This document shows, piece after piece, positions 34,758-43,729 of a stretch of 64,000 bases of DNA (position 1 is the first letter of the stretch; every line of letters starts with the position of its first letter). The DNA is taken from positions 30,027 to 94,026 of the forward strand of contig JBBTAN010000017.1 of NCBI GenBank assembly GCA_038044205.1, given 5' to 3'. A program made the position numbers and the translations under genes. The stretch comes from Nanobdellota archaeon. Its GTDB lineage: Archaea > Nanobdellota > Nanobdellia > Pacearchaeales > GW2011-AR1. The notes below the pieces were generated by a model. That model was not told the origin of the DNA. It did no database searches and saw only the letters and a list, made by a program, of their open reading frames with translations.

Positions 34758-34982
34758 ATGGTTCCTAATCATATTTGTGAGTATTATAAAGTTACTAATG
34801 AATCTATGCAGAATATTTATAGATCTTATGGAAAAGTTATTGATAGTATTACTGATCTTAATTCTGCAGTTATCAATCATCCAACTATGAGTTGTGGAAG
34901 AAAAAATAAAATTGACAACAATATTGCAGAAGCTATTAAATTACTTCAGGATGTATTTGGAGTGTATTCGAGACAGAAGTAA
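34758..34982 (+). CDS. hypothetical protein
   Basis: 74 aa with SD. Confidence 0.6.
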   Translation: MVPNHICEYYKVTNESMQNIYRSYGKVIDSITDLNSAVINHPTMSCGRKNKIDNNIAEAIKLLQDVFGVYSRQK

Positions 34983-35002
34983 AACAAAAAAGGAGAAATG
35001 TA

Positions 35003-35185
35003 ATGAATAAGTTTCTTTCGTTTGCTGATGCGAAGGCGTTTGTTAGCGGGATGAATCTGAAGAGTAATAAGGAATGGGCTGAGTATTGTAAGTCTGGTAA
35101 TAAGCCTAACAATATCCCCTCTAATCCTAATACTGTGTACAAGGACAATGGATGGACTACTTGGGGTGATTATCTGGCCCAGTAG
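35003..35185 (+). CDS. stand-alone copy of a short KSGxKPxxIPSxPxxxYKxxGWxxWGDYL module
   Basis: FLSFADAKAFVSGMNLKSNKEWAEYCKSGNKPNNIPSNPNTVYKDNGWTTWGDYLAQ; from memory this module is usually fused N-terminally to phage or giant-virus helicases and nucleases. Confidence 0.6.
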   Translation: MNKFLSFADAKAFVSGMNLKSNKEWAEYCKSGNKPNNIPSNPNTVYKDNGWTTWGDYLAQ

Positions 35186-35195
35186 AATATAGGAT

Positions 35196-35236
35196 ATAAG
35201 AGGGAGAAGACACTTATTCTCCCTCTTATATTTTTA
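35196..35236 (+). terminator. rho-independent terminator-like hairpin
   Basis: 13-bp stem ataagagggagaa / ttctccctcttat followed by atttttattt. Confidence 0.65.
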
Positions 35237-35273
35237 TTTATATAGCAAGTAAAATAATATAGAAAGGAAATAA

Positions 35274-35816
35274 ATGAATAGTAAAAATGCTTTTTCTCAT
35301 AGTTGGAACTATATAGAAACAAAGCCGACTATTCTTCCTAATGGCTATAAAATTATGCGGGAATGGCAGGAAGAGGCTTTTAACTTCCTCAACCATCATC
35401 CTAATTGGATTCTTAACGCTCCTATGGCAAGTGGCAAGTCCCTTGAAATTTGTTATTTGGCTACTGAATATCTTCTTCAACATCCTGATAGGAAAGTTGT
35501 CATCTCTGTCCCACAAACCATTATTGCTAGTGGGTTTACAAATAATTATATTCAATTTCCAGACGGTAAACAGGTTAAATTTATCCCTACCGACCTTTGT
35601 AATAATAAAAAGAATGGAGCCAATACACAGGCTCTGATTGATTTTATTACTAAGCCTAATAAAAGGAATGATATAATTAGGGGATTTAATAAAAATTATC
35701 AATTTCATGGTGCTTGGGATACTGGTAGATGGGGATTTGATTATGAATGTTATGAGTATCTTGGAACAGGAAAGAATGTAACAAAAATGGGAACAGTTGT
35801 TTTTTACAAGAAGTAA
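35274..35816 (+). CDS. helicase N-terminal fragment (Walker A only)
   Basis: WQEEAFNFLNHHPNWILNAPMASGKSLEICYLA..VVISVPQTIIASGF resembles SF2 motifs I and Ia; no DExH or later motifs before the stop. Confidence 0.5.
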   Translation: MNSKNAFSHSWNYIETKPTILPNGYKIMREWQEEAFNFLNHHPNWILNAPMASGKSLEICYLATEYLLQHPDRKVVISVPQTIIASGFTNNYIQFPDGKQVKFIPTDLCNNKKNGANTQALIDFITKPNKRNDIIRGFNKNYQFHGAWDTGRWGFDYECYEYLGTGKNVTKMGTVVFYKK

Positions 35817-35838
35817 AACAAAAAAAGGAGTAAGTAAA

Positions 35839-36150
35839 ATGAATGAAAAGAATTATTTGGTTCAGTATGTTAGAGGGAGTCATGGTAGGAAAGTTGGTGT
35901 TGTGGTTGCTACTATTAAAGATGGACTTTTTTGGTTTGGATGGTCATTGTGTAATGAAAAGGATGAATTTAATAGGAAGATTGCTTATGATATTGCTTAT
36001 GGAAGAGCTAATAAGTATAGTAATCCTGTTGAAAAATATGATAGTGGACAATTTTCTAATCTTCCAAATTCGGTAAAAAAGACAGTTAAAAAGATTTACA
36101 GCAGGTGTGTTGCTTATTTTAAACAGCCTGTAAACACTGGAAAGGAGTAA
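35839..36150 (+). CDS. hypothetical protein
   Basis: ATG 35839 after SD aaaaggagtaagtaaa. Confidence 0.65.
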   Translation: MNEKNYLVQYVRGSHGRKVGVVVATIKDGLFWFGWSLCNEKDEFNRKIAYDIAYGRANKYSNPVEKYDSGQFSNLPNSVKKTVKKIYSRCVAYFKQPVNTGKE

Positions 36151-36155
36151 GTACA

Positions 36156-36319
36156 ATGGGAACCAGGAGCATCACTGTTATTGAAGAGGATGGAGAGGCT
36201 CTTGTGAGCATTTACAGACAGATGGATGGATATCCAATGAAGTAGTTGAAGTTGAATATATCGGGAAAGCAAAGGATGGTATGACGGATGGACTTATAGT
36301 TTCTTCTTTTAATGGTTAG
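36156..36319 (+). pseudogene. chimeric gene remnant
   Basis: a 29-codon N-terminus MGTRSITVIEEDGEALVSIYRQMDGYPMK stops at a TAG ending at 36245; an overlapping frame encodes EVVEVEYIGKAKDGMTDGLIVSSFNG, which matches the C-terminus of family A. Confidence 0.55.
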
Positions 36320-36333
36320 AAAAGGAGGGGAAA

Positions 36334-36678
36334 ATGGAAATGGACAGACTTGTAAATAAATATAAAAGATCAACTGGTTGGAATGATACTACTTTTCTTT
36401 ATTTGTTTATGGAATTTCTTGATAGTCAGGATCTGAATATGAAAGTTGATAGATTTCTTAAGATTAAGGCAGATGAGGAATTAGCTTTTAGTAGAGAATC
36501 CGAACCAAATTTTAATCCAGAACAATTTCCTGATAATGTAAATGATCATTTTAATGTAGAAGATTTAAAGACAAAGGTTGGGGACGTTTTAGACGAAAAC
36601 CTGAAAACAAAAATTATTTCCGATACTATTAATAACGGAAATCATCCGGTTTCAGAACATTTAACTGGGAGAAAATAA
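36334..36678 (+). CDS. hypothetical protein
   Basis: 114 aa, SD aaaaggagggg. Confidence 0.65.
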   Translation: MEMDRLVNKYKRSTGWNDTTFLYLFMEFLDSQDLNMKVDRFLKIKADEELAFSRESEPNFNPEQFPDNVNDHFNVEDLKTKVGDVLDENLKTKIISDTINNGNHPVSEHLTGRK

Positions 36679-36980
36679 TGAAAAATAAAAATATTTTCTT
36701 TGGATTGCGTCATAAAAACACTGGAGAGTTTTGTAGTTTTGAGGCTAATACAAGTTTAAGTATTGGAGGTAGAGAAGCTGGTGATATAGAACATTTTCTA
36801 TGCAAATCTGATAGTTATGATAGTCGTATTTGGACAGTAAATAAAAAAGAAATAGCTGAAAACGCTCGTGTTAATAATACTGAATTATATAATGCGGAAT
36901 ATATGACACCACACCATGATTCTAGTTTTATCCCTGATGATTGGGAAGTTGTTGAACTTGAAATTAAAGTAAAAGACTAA
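36678..36980 (+). CDS. hypothetical protein
   Basis: 100 aa, ATGA-type overlap. Confidence 0.6.
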   Translation: MKNKNIFFGLRHKNTGEFCSFEANTSLSIGGREAGDIEHFLCKSDSYDSRIWTVNKKEIAENARVNNTELYNAEYMTPHHDSSFIPDDWEVVELEIKVKD

Positions 36981-36998
36981 CAAAAAGGAGTAAGTAAC

Positions 36999-37730
36999 AT
37001 GGGGATCACTATTCATTACAAAATGAAGTTTACTGGTACTGAAAAGGAGCTTACTGATAAGCTTGGACTTGTTGCTAATTATGCTAATGAACTTATGTTC
37101 AAAGATGTAAAAAAGAATATTTATAAATTTGATTTCAACACAGATATTAATAAAATTGATTCTTTTACTCCTACTATTATTGTTAAAAATGAAGATCTTC
37201 ATAAATATGCTGGTGCTTATCTCAAACCTATTATGGTTGATGGTAAGTATGTTGTTATTGATGAGGATTATCGTTGGGCTAAAATTCAGACTCAACCTTG
37301 GGAAGATAGACGTAATGAAAATGGAGTTATGGTTTCTTCTACAGTGAAAGGTGGTAATGGTATTTGTCTTGATACTTGGTTTGGAGAAGGTTGTGAACCA
37401 ACTAATTTCGGGTTCTATCGTAAAGGAAAGGGTAAGATTTGGAAGGGGAAATCCTTTACTAAAACTCAATACGCTGAAGAGTTTGTAAAAGCTCATATTT
37501 CTGTTTGCCATCTTTTGAAGTTTGCTCAAAAAATTGGTCTTGTTACTAAAGTTAGTGATGAAGGTGATTTTTACGAGACTAATGATATGACTAAATTGGT
37601 TGATAATTCGGAGGAAAATCTTCAACTTATTGCTGGCATGGTTGATATGTTTAAAAAGATGGATATTAATTTTGATGGTAAGGGACTTGAAGCTGATAGG
37701 CTTCTCAAAAATTATCAACTGAAAACCTGA
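36999..37730 (+). CDS. hypothetical protein
   Basis: 243 aa with SD; about 240 consecutive codons without TTA, CTA or TCA. Confidence 0.7.
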   Translation: MGITIHYKMKFTGTEKELTDKLGLVANYANELMFKDVKKNIYKFDFNTDINKIDSFTPTIIVKNEDLHKYAGAYLKPIMVDGKYVVIDEDYRWAKIQTQPWEDRRNENGVMVSSTVKGGNGICLDTWFGEGCEPTNFGFYRKGKGKIWKGKSFTKTQYAEEFVKAHISVCHLLKFAQKIGLVTKVSDEGDFYETNDMTKLVDNSEENLQLIAGMVDMFKKMDINFDGKGLEADRLLKNYQLKT

Positions 37731-37742
37731 AAGGGAAAATAA

Positions 37743-38042
37743 ATGAAAACATTTACTATTACTGGAGTTTTGGAAAAGAGTGATGAACCATATTGTGGAG
37801 ATAATGAAGTTCTATTTGGCTATATTGATGCAGAAGATAAAGATCAGGCATTGAATAATTATTTGGAAGAACTTTATAATAGTTGTGGGTTTAGGGATAA
37901 GGGAAGGGGCATTGTTATTACAGGTATCTTTGAAGGTAAATTGCTTAATCTTTTTACTGATAAAGAACAATGTTTTGCCAATAATGGAGATATGACTAAA
38001 CTTGGATATAAGACTAATAATATTTCTTTGCAATATAAATAA
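37743..38042 (+). CDS. hypothetical protein
   Basis: 99 aa with SD. Confidence 0.6.
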   Translation: MKTFTITGVLEKSDEPYCGDNEVLFGYIDAEDKDQALNNYLEELYNSCGFRDKGRGIVITGIFEGKLLNLFTDKEQCFANNGDMTKLGYKTNNISLQYK

Positions 38043-38114
38043 TTTATTATATTTTTATATAATTTAGTCTTCTATTGTTAAATTTTCAGAAACAAAAGAA
38101 AAGGAGTAATTAAC

Positions 38115-38618
38115 ATGGGAATGGACGTTTATGGACGCAGGAACAAGGAAGCTTACTTTCGTGCTAATTGTTGGTCTTGGAGACCTATTCATTTTCTTAT
38201 TAAAATTGCGGATAATAATATTAATATTTTTGATGAAAAGACTATGAATTTAATAGGATCCAATGATGGCGCTGGCCTTAAAACTCAAAAAGAATGTAAT
38301 TTATTGGCTGATGAACTTGAGAGGTTGCTTGATAATCCTGATTTGATTACCAGAGAAGGTAGTCTTGTTGTTTCGGAATCTAATTGGGATTGTGAAGATG
38401 GAGAAGAAAAATGTCAATGTATTTCTTTTAAACCTATTTATCATAGACCAGATAGATCTGATTTTTGTACTAAAGATGGACATTTTATTAATCTAAATGA
38501 AGCAAAGAAAAAGAATATTCCATTGGATGATTTGTGTTCTCCTTATTCGACTTCATTTCCTCATGTAAAAGAATTTATTGAATTTCTTAGAATTTGTGGA
38601 GGATTTAAAGTATGTTAA
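38115..38618 (+). CDS. hypothetical protein
   Basis: 167 aa with SD. Confidence 0.65.
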   Translation: MGMDVYGRRNKEAYFRANCWSWRPIHFLIKIADNNINIFDEKTMNLIGSNDGAGLKTQKECNLLADELERLLDNPDLITREGSLVVSESNWDCEDGEEKCQCISFKPIYHRPDRSDFCTKDGHFINLNEAKKKNIPLDDLCSPYSTSFPHVKEFIEFLRICGGFKVC

Positions 38619-38642
38619 TTTAACAAAAAAGGAGTAAACAAA

Positions 38643-38933
38643 ATGAGCCACTATCATGGAACAGGAACTATATGTAAAATTATTTCATATAATGATTATT
38701 TTAAAATAAATTCTCATCCGAAAAATCACATACTTATTTTTATTAAAATGAAAGATGGATCATTGTTTTATCGTAATAAAAAATACTGTGTAGATTTTAC
38801 GCCACAAACAGGACAAGTAGTTGATGTTTATTTCGACCCAAGTAAAACAATTCTAATTTCACCGAAATCAGAAATGTCATCTGAAAATTTAAATAAAGAT
38901 CTAAATATATTTTTCACAAAAAATTTAAATTAA
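38643..38933 (+). CDS. hypothetical protein
   Basis: 96 aa with SD. Confidence 0.6.
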   Translation: MSHYHGTGTICKIISYNDYFKINSHPKNHILIFIKMKDGSLFYRNKKYCVDFTPQTGQVVDVYFDPSKTILISPKSEMSSENLNKDLNIFFTKNLN

Positions 38934-38953
38934 ACAAAAAAGGAGTAAGTGAA

Positions 38954-39145
38954 ATGTTTAGGACAGTCTTTCTTGAGGCGACATTTAACGTTAATTTGAC
39001 AGTAGAAGTTGACGAAGGTGTTGATATGGATGAAGTTATGGATTCTATCCATGCTGAATTTTCTAGCGATATGCCATTTGAAAAGTGCGAAGTCACCAAT
39101 CAGAATCTCAATGTAATTGATTATGCAGTTGTCGATTCAAAATAA
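38954..39145 (+). CDS. hypothetical small acidic protein
   Basis: 63 aa with SD. Confidence 0.55.
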   Translation: MFRTVFLEATFNVNLTVEVDEGVDMDEVMDSIHAEFSSDMPFEKCEVTNQNLNVIDYAVVDSK

Positions 39146-39181
39146 AAAAAATAAATATAAATTCTTTTATTTCAAGGACTT

Positions 39182-39219
39182 ACAACTGATCCGAAATAGA
39201 TTTTTCTATTTTCTATTGT
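39182..39219 (+). promoter_or_regulatory. motif-2 element (ACAACTGATCCGA-N19-TATTGT)
   Basis: here it precedes motif 1 (reverse of the usual order). Confidence 0.5.
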
Positions 39220-39242
39220 AATATAGAAGGAAATTTATTTTC

Positions 39243-39277
39243 ATGCCCGGAAGGGGCAAGGAATGGACAATTATTCT
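39243..39277 (+). promoter_or_regulatory. motif-1 element (ATGCCCGGA-N20-TATTCT)
   Basis: its reading frame runs 25 codons and ends in an ATGA overlap with ATG 39317. Confidence 0.55.
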
Positions 39278-39316
39278 CAACTGTCAAGGAATACTTGTTG
39301 GTTGGAAAGGAGAAAA

Positions 39317-39610
39317 ATGAAAAAAGATATTCTAATGTCTGGTATAGATACTCTTCATCCAAGTGATGTTCGAACTAATACTTATTATGTTCTTGCTAAT
39401 GATACTGGTTCGAAAATTAAATTTTTATATTATTTTATAGATAATAAAATTGAATCTGGTAATTTTAATTATTATAAATGTTATATATTCCCTACTATAG
39501 AATCTATTAAAGATTATATTTATGATCCAAAAAATAAGTTGAAGGACTATAAACCAGTGCAAGTTACAGAAGAACAGATTAGAAATTTTTCTTTTAAATG
39601 TAAGGAGTAG
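39317..39610 (+). CDS. hypothetical protein, family P
   Basis: ATG 39317 after SD ggaaaggag; YYVLANDTGSKIKFLYYF..IRNFSFK. Confidence 0.6.
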   Translation: MKKDILMSGIDTLHPSDVRTNTYYVLANDTGSKIKFLYYFIDNKIESGNFNYYKCYIFPTIESIKDYIYDPKNKLKDYKPVQVTEEQIRNFSFKCKE

Positions 39611-39613
39611 GAA

Positions 39614-39883
39614 ATGTTTCAATACATTATTGAAGATGATAGTAAAACTTTTTATGTTTTTATTAATGATAAAGAAGAATTCTTTATTGATCCTGTTCAT
39701 CAATTAGATGGTAAGAGGATATTTACTAAACAGTTTAATTCTAAAATATGTTTTATTTCAACTGATATTAAATATATGAAAAATCTTCGAGATGCGAATA
39801 TGACTCTTGTAAAAGGTTGTAAAATTATTAAAGTAAGAGCAGATTCTACTACAGAATTTAATTTTGACTATAAAATGGAGTAA
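39614..39883 (+). CDS. hypothetical protein, family P
   Basis: FYVFINDKEEFFIDP..TTEFNFD. Confidence 0.6.
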   Translation: MFQYIIEDDSKTFYVFINDKEEFFIDPVHQLDGKRIFTKQFNSKICFISTDIKYMKNLRDANMTLVKGCKIIKVRADSTTEFNFDYKME

Positions 39884-39885
39884 AA

Positions 39886-40125
39886 ATGGACTCTATAGAA
39901 GTCAAACAAAAGCCATTTCAACATTATATTTTAGTCAATGATAAAAATGAATTTTTATATTATTTTGACCCAAAAGATCTGAGTAAAGTTACAACTAAAA
40001 ATATAGAAGATGCTTATTTGCAATCAGATTATGATCGTATTAAAAATTATAAAACAGAAGGATTTAGAATTGTAAAAGTAACTGTTGAAACTATTTTAAA
40101 TTATTCATTTGAGGATGTAAAATGA
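39886..40125 (+). CDS. hypothetical protein, family P
   Basis: HYILVNDKNEFLYYFDP..ILNYSFED. Confidence 0.6.
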   Translation: MDSIEVKQKPFQHYILVNDKNEFLYYFDPKDLSKVTTKNIEDAYLQSDYDRIKNYKTEGFRIVKVTVETILNYSFEDVK

Positions 40126-40490
40126 AAATAAATAAAAATCCTATTTTAAATATCACGACAATGTTGGAGCAAACATTGGAGAAGATGAACTTTGATTATG
40201 ATTTTTTTATTGATGTAGTAAAGTATGAAACAAACCTAGTAATGGAAAATGGAATATTTATTATTATTGAAGATTATAGAATTGGATGGTGCGACGATGA
40301 AGATAAGAACTCAATTTACGTAATAGATAGCGATCCATTAAACTCTGTGGAAGAGTTTAAAAATTGCGATGATAAAGAAGAATTTGAAAATGTTGTTAAT
40401 TTTATTATTTCTTTGATAGAGAATTATATTAAGCACAAAGAAGAACTTAGACGAAAATTCATTGAAAGGAATAAAACCCCTGTTCTTTAG
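40122..40490 (+). CDS. hypothetical protein
   Basis: 122 aa, ATGA overlap. Confidence 0.6.
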   Translation: MKINKNPILNITTMLEQTLEKMNFDYDFFIDVVKYETNLVMENGIFIIIEDYRIGWCDDEDKNSIYVIDSDPLNSVEEFKNCDDKEEFENVVNFIISLIENYIKHKEELRRKFIERNKTPVL

Positions 40491-40508
40491 TTTAGCGGTA
40501 GAAAAATT
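40491..40508 (+). repeat. 18-nt repeat TTTAGCGGTAGAAAAATT, copy 1
   Basis: identical at 40857-40874; both copies are followed by AATGAAAGG and CTTGT boxes. Confidence 0.75.
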
Positions 40509-40551
40509 TCTTTTTAATGAAAGGGAATCATCTAACTGGACTTGTAGGGAC

Positions 40552-40560
40552 TTGTATAAC
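40552..40560 (+). promoter_or_regulatory. TTGTATAAC -10-like element within three tandem CTTGT boxes
   Basis: CTTGT at 40541, 40551 and 40560; 21 nt upstream of ATG 40581. Confidence 0.4.
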
Positions 40561-40580
40561 TTGTGTAAAAAAGAAAGGAA

Positions 40581-40856
40581 ATGAAAATGGAAGATGAACT
40601 TCTTGATACTGTTACGACTGATATTAATCCTAAAGATACTGGTGGGGAAAGTGTTTTGCTTCGCACTAAAATTTACGCAAATGGAGATCCTGGAGGTATT
40701 TTTATCAATCAAGAATTCACTATTAATTCGTATTGTAACAGGGCTACTTTTGATCTTGTTGGCGCAGTTCTGACACCTGATATTTTGCGTAAGATGGCTA
40801 ATGATTTGGAAGAAGCTATGTGTAAAGCCAAAGCTAAAACTATTGTAAATGTTTAA
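40581..40856 (+). CDS. hypothetical protein (start 40581 or 40587)
   Basis: 91 aa with SD aaagaaagga. Confidence 0.65.
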   Translation: MKMEDELLDTVTTDINPKDTGGESVLLRTKIYANGDPGGIFINQEFTINSYCNRATFDLVGAVLTPDILRKMANDLEEAMCKAKAKTIVNV

Positions 40857-40874
40857 TTTAGCGGTAGAAAAATT
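40857..40874 (+). repeat. 18-nt repeat TTTAGCGGTAGAAAAATT, copy 2
   Basis: see 40491. Confidence 0.75.
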
Positions 40875-40999
40875 GCAGTTGGAATGAAAGGAGGAATAAT
40901 ATGTAAATATATATTATTTTTTCAATTGTGTCACTTGTGTAACTAATTTTTTGTAAGTGTAGGTCATAAATGACCTGAAAAATGAAAGGAAAAAGTAAA

Positions 41000-41530
41000 A
41001 TGGACACTAACACTAATCTGACTGTTGAGGAGATTGAGCAGATTGCGGCTGATAAGGCTAAGGCTGAGATTCTTGACCTTGAGAACAAGCGCGAGGAGGT
41101 TATTAGGGCTTCCCTTGTTGCGGTTAAGGAGGTTGAGGATAAGTTTGCTGCTGATGTCAAGGCTATTGAGGCTGTCATTGCTGAAAAGACTGGAAAGGCT
41201 TATACTCGCAAAGGTATTCGCCGGGGGCGCAAGCCTGTTGCTCCTGGTACTGCCAAGGGAACTAGACGTAAGATGGACCTTAAGAAGTCTGTCTACAATG
41301 TCCTTTCTACTTGTGAAGAGCCGATGACTGCTACGGCTGTTGCTGATTGCCTTGTTGCCGATAATTTTGACCTTCAGGGGCTTGAGGTTAAGGCGTTCAA
41401 GGCGCGTATTGCTACTTTGATGGCGTCTAATTCCGTCTTTGCCAAGGCTAAGGACGCCGAGGGTAATGAGCTTCGCGGCAAGTATATTGCCGTTGTTGAG
41501 GCTCCCGCTACCGCCCCTGCTACCACGTAA
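41000..41530 (+). CDS. Lys/Ala/Glu-rich protein, possible DNA-binding (winged-helix or histone-H1-like), likely highly expressed
   Basis: ATG 41000 after SD gaaaggaaaaagtaaa (alternative 40982); basic linker RKGIRRGRKPVAPGTAKGTRRK; by hand count AAG about 20 to 1 over AAA, with no TTA or ATA. Confidence 0.65.
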   Translation: MDTNTNLTVEEIEQIAADKAKAEILDLENKREEVIRASLVAVKEVEDKFAADVKAIEAVIAEKTGKAYTRKGIRRGRKPVAPGTAKGTRRKMDLKKSVYNVLSTCEEPMTATAVADCLVADNFDLQGLEVKAFKARIATLMASNSVFAKAKDAEGNELRGKYIAVVEAPATAPATT

Positions 41531-41550
41531 TTGATCTAATAAAACCTACT

Positions 41551-41580
41551 AGGGGAGAGTTTATTAAACTCTCCCCTTTC
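41551..41580 (+). terminator. terminator-like hairpin
   Basis: 10-bp stem aggggagagt / actctcccct followed by ttt. Confidence 0.6.
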
Positions 41581-41637
41581 CCTATTATAGAGGGACAATT
41601 TATTTTCTAATTTTATGGCCAAGAAAAGGAGAAAAAT

Positions 41638-41880
41638 ATGAATTTATATCTTATTAAAAATCCTTATTATAGTCCTTATTGTTCCGCTGTAGTTTGTGCA
41701 AAGAATGAAAAAAGTGCAAGGTTGATTCATCCTGATGGATATGAATGGCAAAATAATAAAAAAACATGGAATGATATGTCTGCGTGGTGTAATCCAGAAA
41801 ATGTTATAGTGGAATATCTTGGAAAAGCAAGAAAAGGAATGAAATCTGGAGTTATAGAATTTACTTTTGATAATTCATAG
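41638..41880 (+). CDS. hypothetical protein, family A
   Basis: YCSAVVCAKNEKSARLIHPDG..VIVEYLGKARKGMKSGVI. Confidence 0.65.
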   Translation: MNLYLIKNPYYSPYCSAVVCAKNEKSARLIHPDGYEWQNNKKTWNDMSAWCNPENVIVEYLGKARKGMKSGVIEFTFDNS

Positions 41881-41895
41881 TGAAAGGAGAAAAAC

Positions 41896-42363
41896 ATGAG
41901 TAAGTTTGGAAGTGGTTATAGTTGGAATGGTTCTGATGAATTCCCTGTACTTTGTTATTTTGATGATAATAAAAATTTATTTATTGATGACGTTCCTGCC
42001 ACTGTAAATACTCCTGATATTGTTAGAACTATAATAAAATATTTGCTTATTGATAAAAAAAATATTGAAATATGTTTTTATTTTAATTATAAGGGTTATT
42101 ATGATCCAGGAAAACTAAACGATCTACCTGAAAATTGTTACCCACCTGAAAGTGAAGATGAGAGAGAAATAACGGATTTTTATGTATGGGATATTGATAG
42201 TAAAGATATTATTTATATCTCTGATGAAGATAAAAAGACTATTATGGATAATTGGAAATATATTGACAAAAAGCTTTATGAGATTGAAATTGACACTAAA
42301 TCTGATGATTCTTATGATCCGCCTGATGTCGATGATTATGAACCTTCCTATAGAAGCTTCTAA
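41896..42363 (+). CDS. hypothetical protein, family B
   Basis: SGYSWNGSDEFPVLCYFDD..DSYDPPDVDDYEPSYR. Confidence 0.65.
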   Translation: MSKFGSGYSWNGSDEFPVLCYFDDNKNLFIDDVPATVNTPDIVRTIIKYLLIDKKNIEICFYFNYKGYYDPGKLNDLPENCYPPESEDEREITDFYVWDIDSKDIIYISDEDKKTIMDNWKYIDKKLYEIEIDTKSDDSYDPPDVDDYEPSYRSF

Positions 42364-42375
42364 AGGAAATAAAAA

Positions 42376-42897
42376 ATGAAAAGAATATATTTATCAATTG
42401 ATCTTGATTATTTTTATTCTATAGAGTCTGCTGAATATATTATAGATAGTGTACTTGAGATTGAAATTCCAACTGTTTTTGTTGTTATGCACCAGTATTT
42501 AGTTAAACATATAAATAAATTTCATCCAGATGTCCTTATCAATATTGACGCCCATGATGACTGTGCAATTCATGCAGTCAAACATCCTAAAGACTATAAT
42601 TGGGTAAATAAAATTGCTAAAAGTATTAGAAAAAATGGTGTATATAAATGGGTTACTTCAGATGATAGTGGATTTTGTGTTGGAGAGGATGGTTACAATA
42701 ATCAGTGGGAAGACAATCGTATTCCTTGGAAGAAATATTATTCAATCTTTAAATATTCTGATGATTTACATTTTAGTAAAATAGCTAATAAAAAAGAAAT
42801 AGTTGCTTGTGGAATTGCTCTATCACCTGATTTTACTCCTCATCCAATTCGAGAATGGGCGAAGAAAAGATTTAAATTTATTAATAAATATGTTTGA
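42376..42897 (+). CDS. hypothetical protein with SIDLDYF and IDAHDD metal-site-like strings
   Basis: 173 aa with SD; the motif resemblance to ureohydrolases is weak and in the wrong order. Confidence 0.6.
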   Translation: MKRIYLSIDLDYFYSIESAEYIIDSVLEIEIPTVFVVMHQYLVKHINKFHPDVLINIDAHDDCAIHAVKHPKDYNWVNKIAKSIRKNGVYKWVTSDDSGFCVGEDGYNNQWEDNRIPWKKYYSIFKYSDDLHFSKIANKKEIVACGIALSPDFTPHPIREWAKKRFKFINKYV

Positions 42898-43094
42898 ATG
42901 GAATTATTTATCAAACTTTTGATAAAAAGAAAATAAACAATCCAGTTGCAACTATTAATAGTCTTATTCTTTCGCCTGAACAAACTAGGCAAGCATATCA
43001 AGATTCTATGGCTTGCAGGTGTGGAAATTGTATTTGTTGTGTTATTAGAAATAAAATTATAGAAAAGAATATGTATTTTTCTTTTGTGGAGTAA
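42894..43094 (+). CDS. small Cys-rich protein, TTG start
   Basis: 66 aa; CRCGNCICC. Confidence 0.45.
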   Translation: MNGIIYQTFDKKKINNPVATINSLILSPEQTRQAYQDSMACRCGNCICCVIRNKIIEKNMYFSFVE

Positions 43095-43098
43095 ATAA

Positions 43099-43503
43099 AT
43101 GAAAATAGCAATCAGGTTTGGCGATAATGATTTTTATAATACTTTCATTCCTCTGTTAAATATTATTAAAGATGCTTATTTAAAAAATAATACTTTCACA
43201 GAAGATAAAAATAAATTATGTTTTATAATCAGAGAACTTGCTTCTATTACTTATTTAACTCATCAGAATCATTATGACTATAATGGATTAGATAAAATAG
43301 AAAATGGTTTAGAAACTGGTAGCCATAAAGAAATTATATTTATTAAAAAATATTTTAATAAAAAGATAACCCCTGATAGAATTTTAGTAAATGATGAAGT
43401 CGATAAATATATAGAAAAATGTGAAGGAGGGGATAATGGAGATACTTATATACTGGAGATAAATCCTCATCGTGAAGAAGATAGTTATGCTTATAGCATC
43501 TAA
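43099..43503 (+). CDS. hypothetical protein
   Basis: 134 aa, SD ggag. Confidence 0.65.
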   Translation: MKIAIRFGDNDFYNTFIPLLNIIKDAYLKNNTFTEDKNKLCFIIRELASITYLTHQNHYDYNGLDKIENGLETGSHKEIIFIKKYFNKKITPDRILVNDEVDKYIEKCEGGDNGDTYILEINPHREEDSYAYSI

Positions 43504-43729
43504 AAAAGTAAAAAATGTATAATGATGCTTATAATAAGTGGCGTTAAAGTAAAAAACTTACAGATGAAGAATTAAATTATTGACAATATGCAGATTGCTA
43601 TTAAAGCACTTGATAATATAAATAATATGAATCACGAACGAACTATTATTGGTATTAGAAAAGATGTAAGTTGGCTTTATGATATAAAATCAGATAGATC
43701 GTTGACTAAAAAATAAAAAGGAGTAAAAA

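Noticed and set aside
36885-37718. 277-aa minus-strand ORF, and the similar ones at 56495-57160, 23802-24401, 58347-58895, 35238-35708, 31928-32347, 45696-46040 and 52014-52379
   Set aside because: All are codon-aligned antisense shadows of SD-preceded + strand genes with the same TTA-, CTA- and TCA-poor codon bias. None has a ribosome-binding site or a recognisable motif.
41025-41327. Out-of-frame + strand ORFs nested in longer genes: 41025, 11526, 24106, 26957, 27362, 35341, 35843, 37129, 42182, 45597, 46042, 46492, 47319, 47687, 52144, 55335, 55894, 56931, 60993 and 63193
   Set aside because: All lie inside better-supported genes, lack SDs and translate to Leu/Arg/Met-rich low-complexity strings.
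42376-42897. Arginase/ureohydrolase-like enzyme, based on SIDLDYF and IDAHDD
   Set aside because: The two strings occur in the opposite order to the canonical family, and the protein is only 173 aa. I treat this as coincidence pending a profile search.
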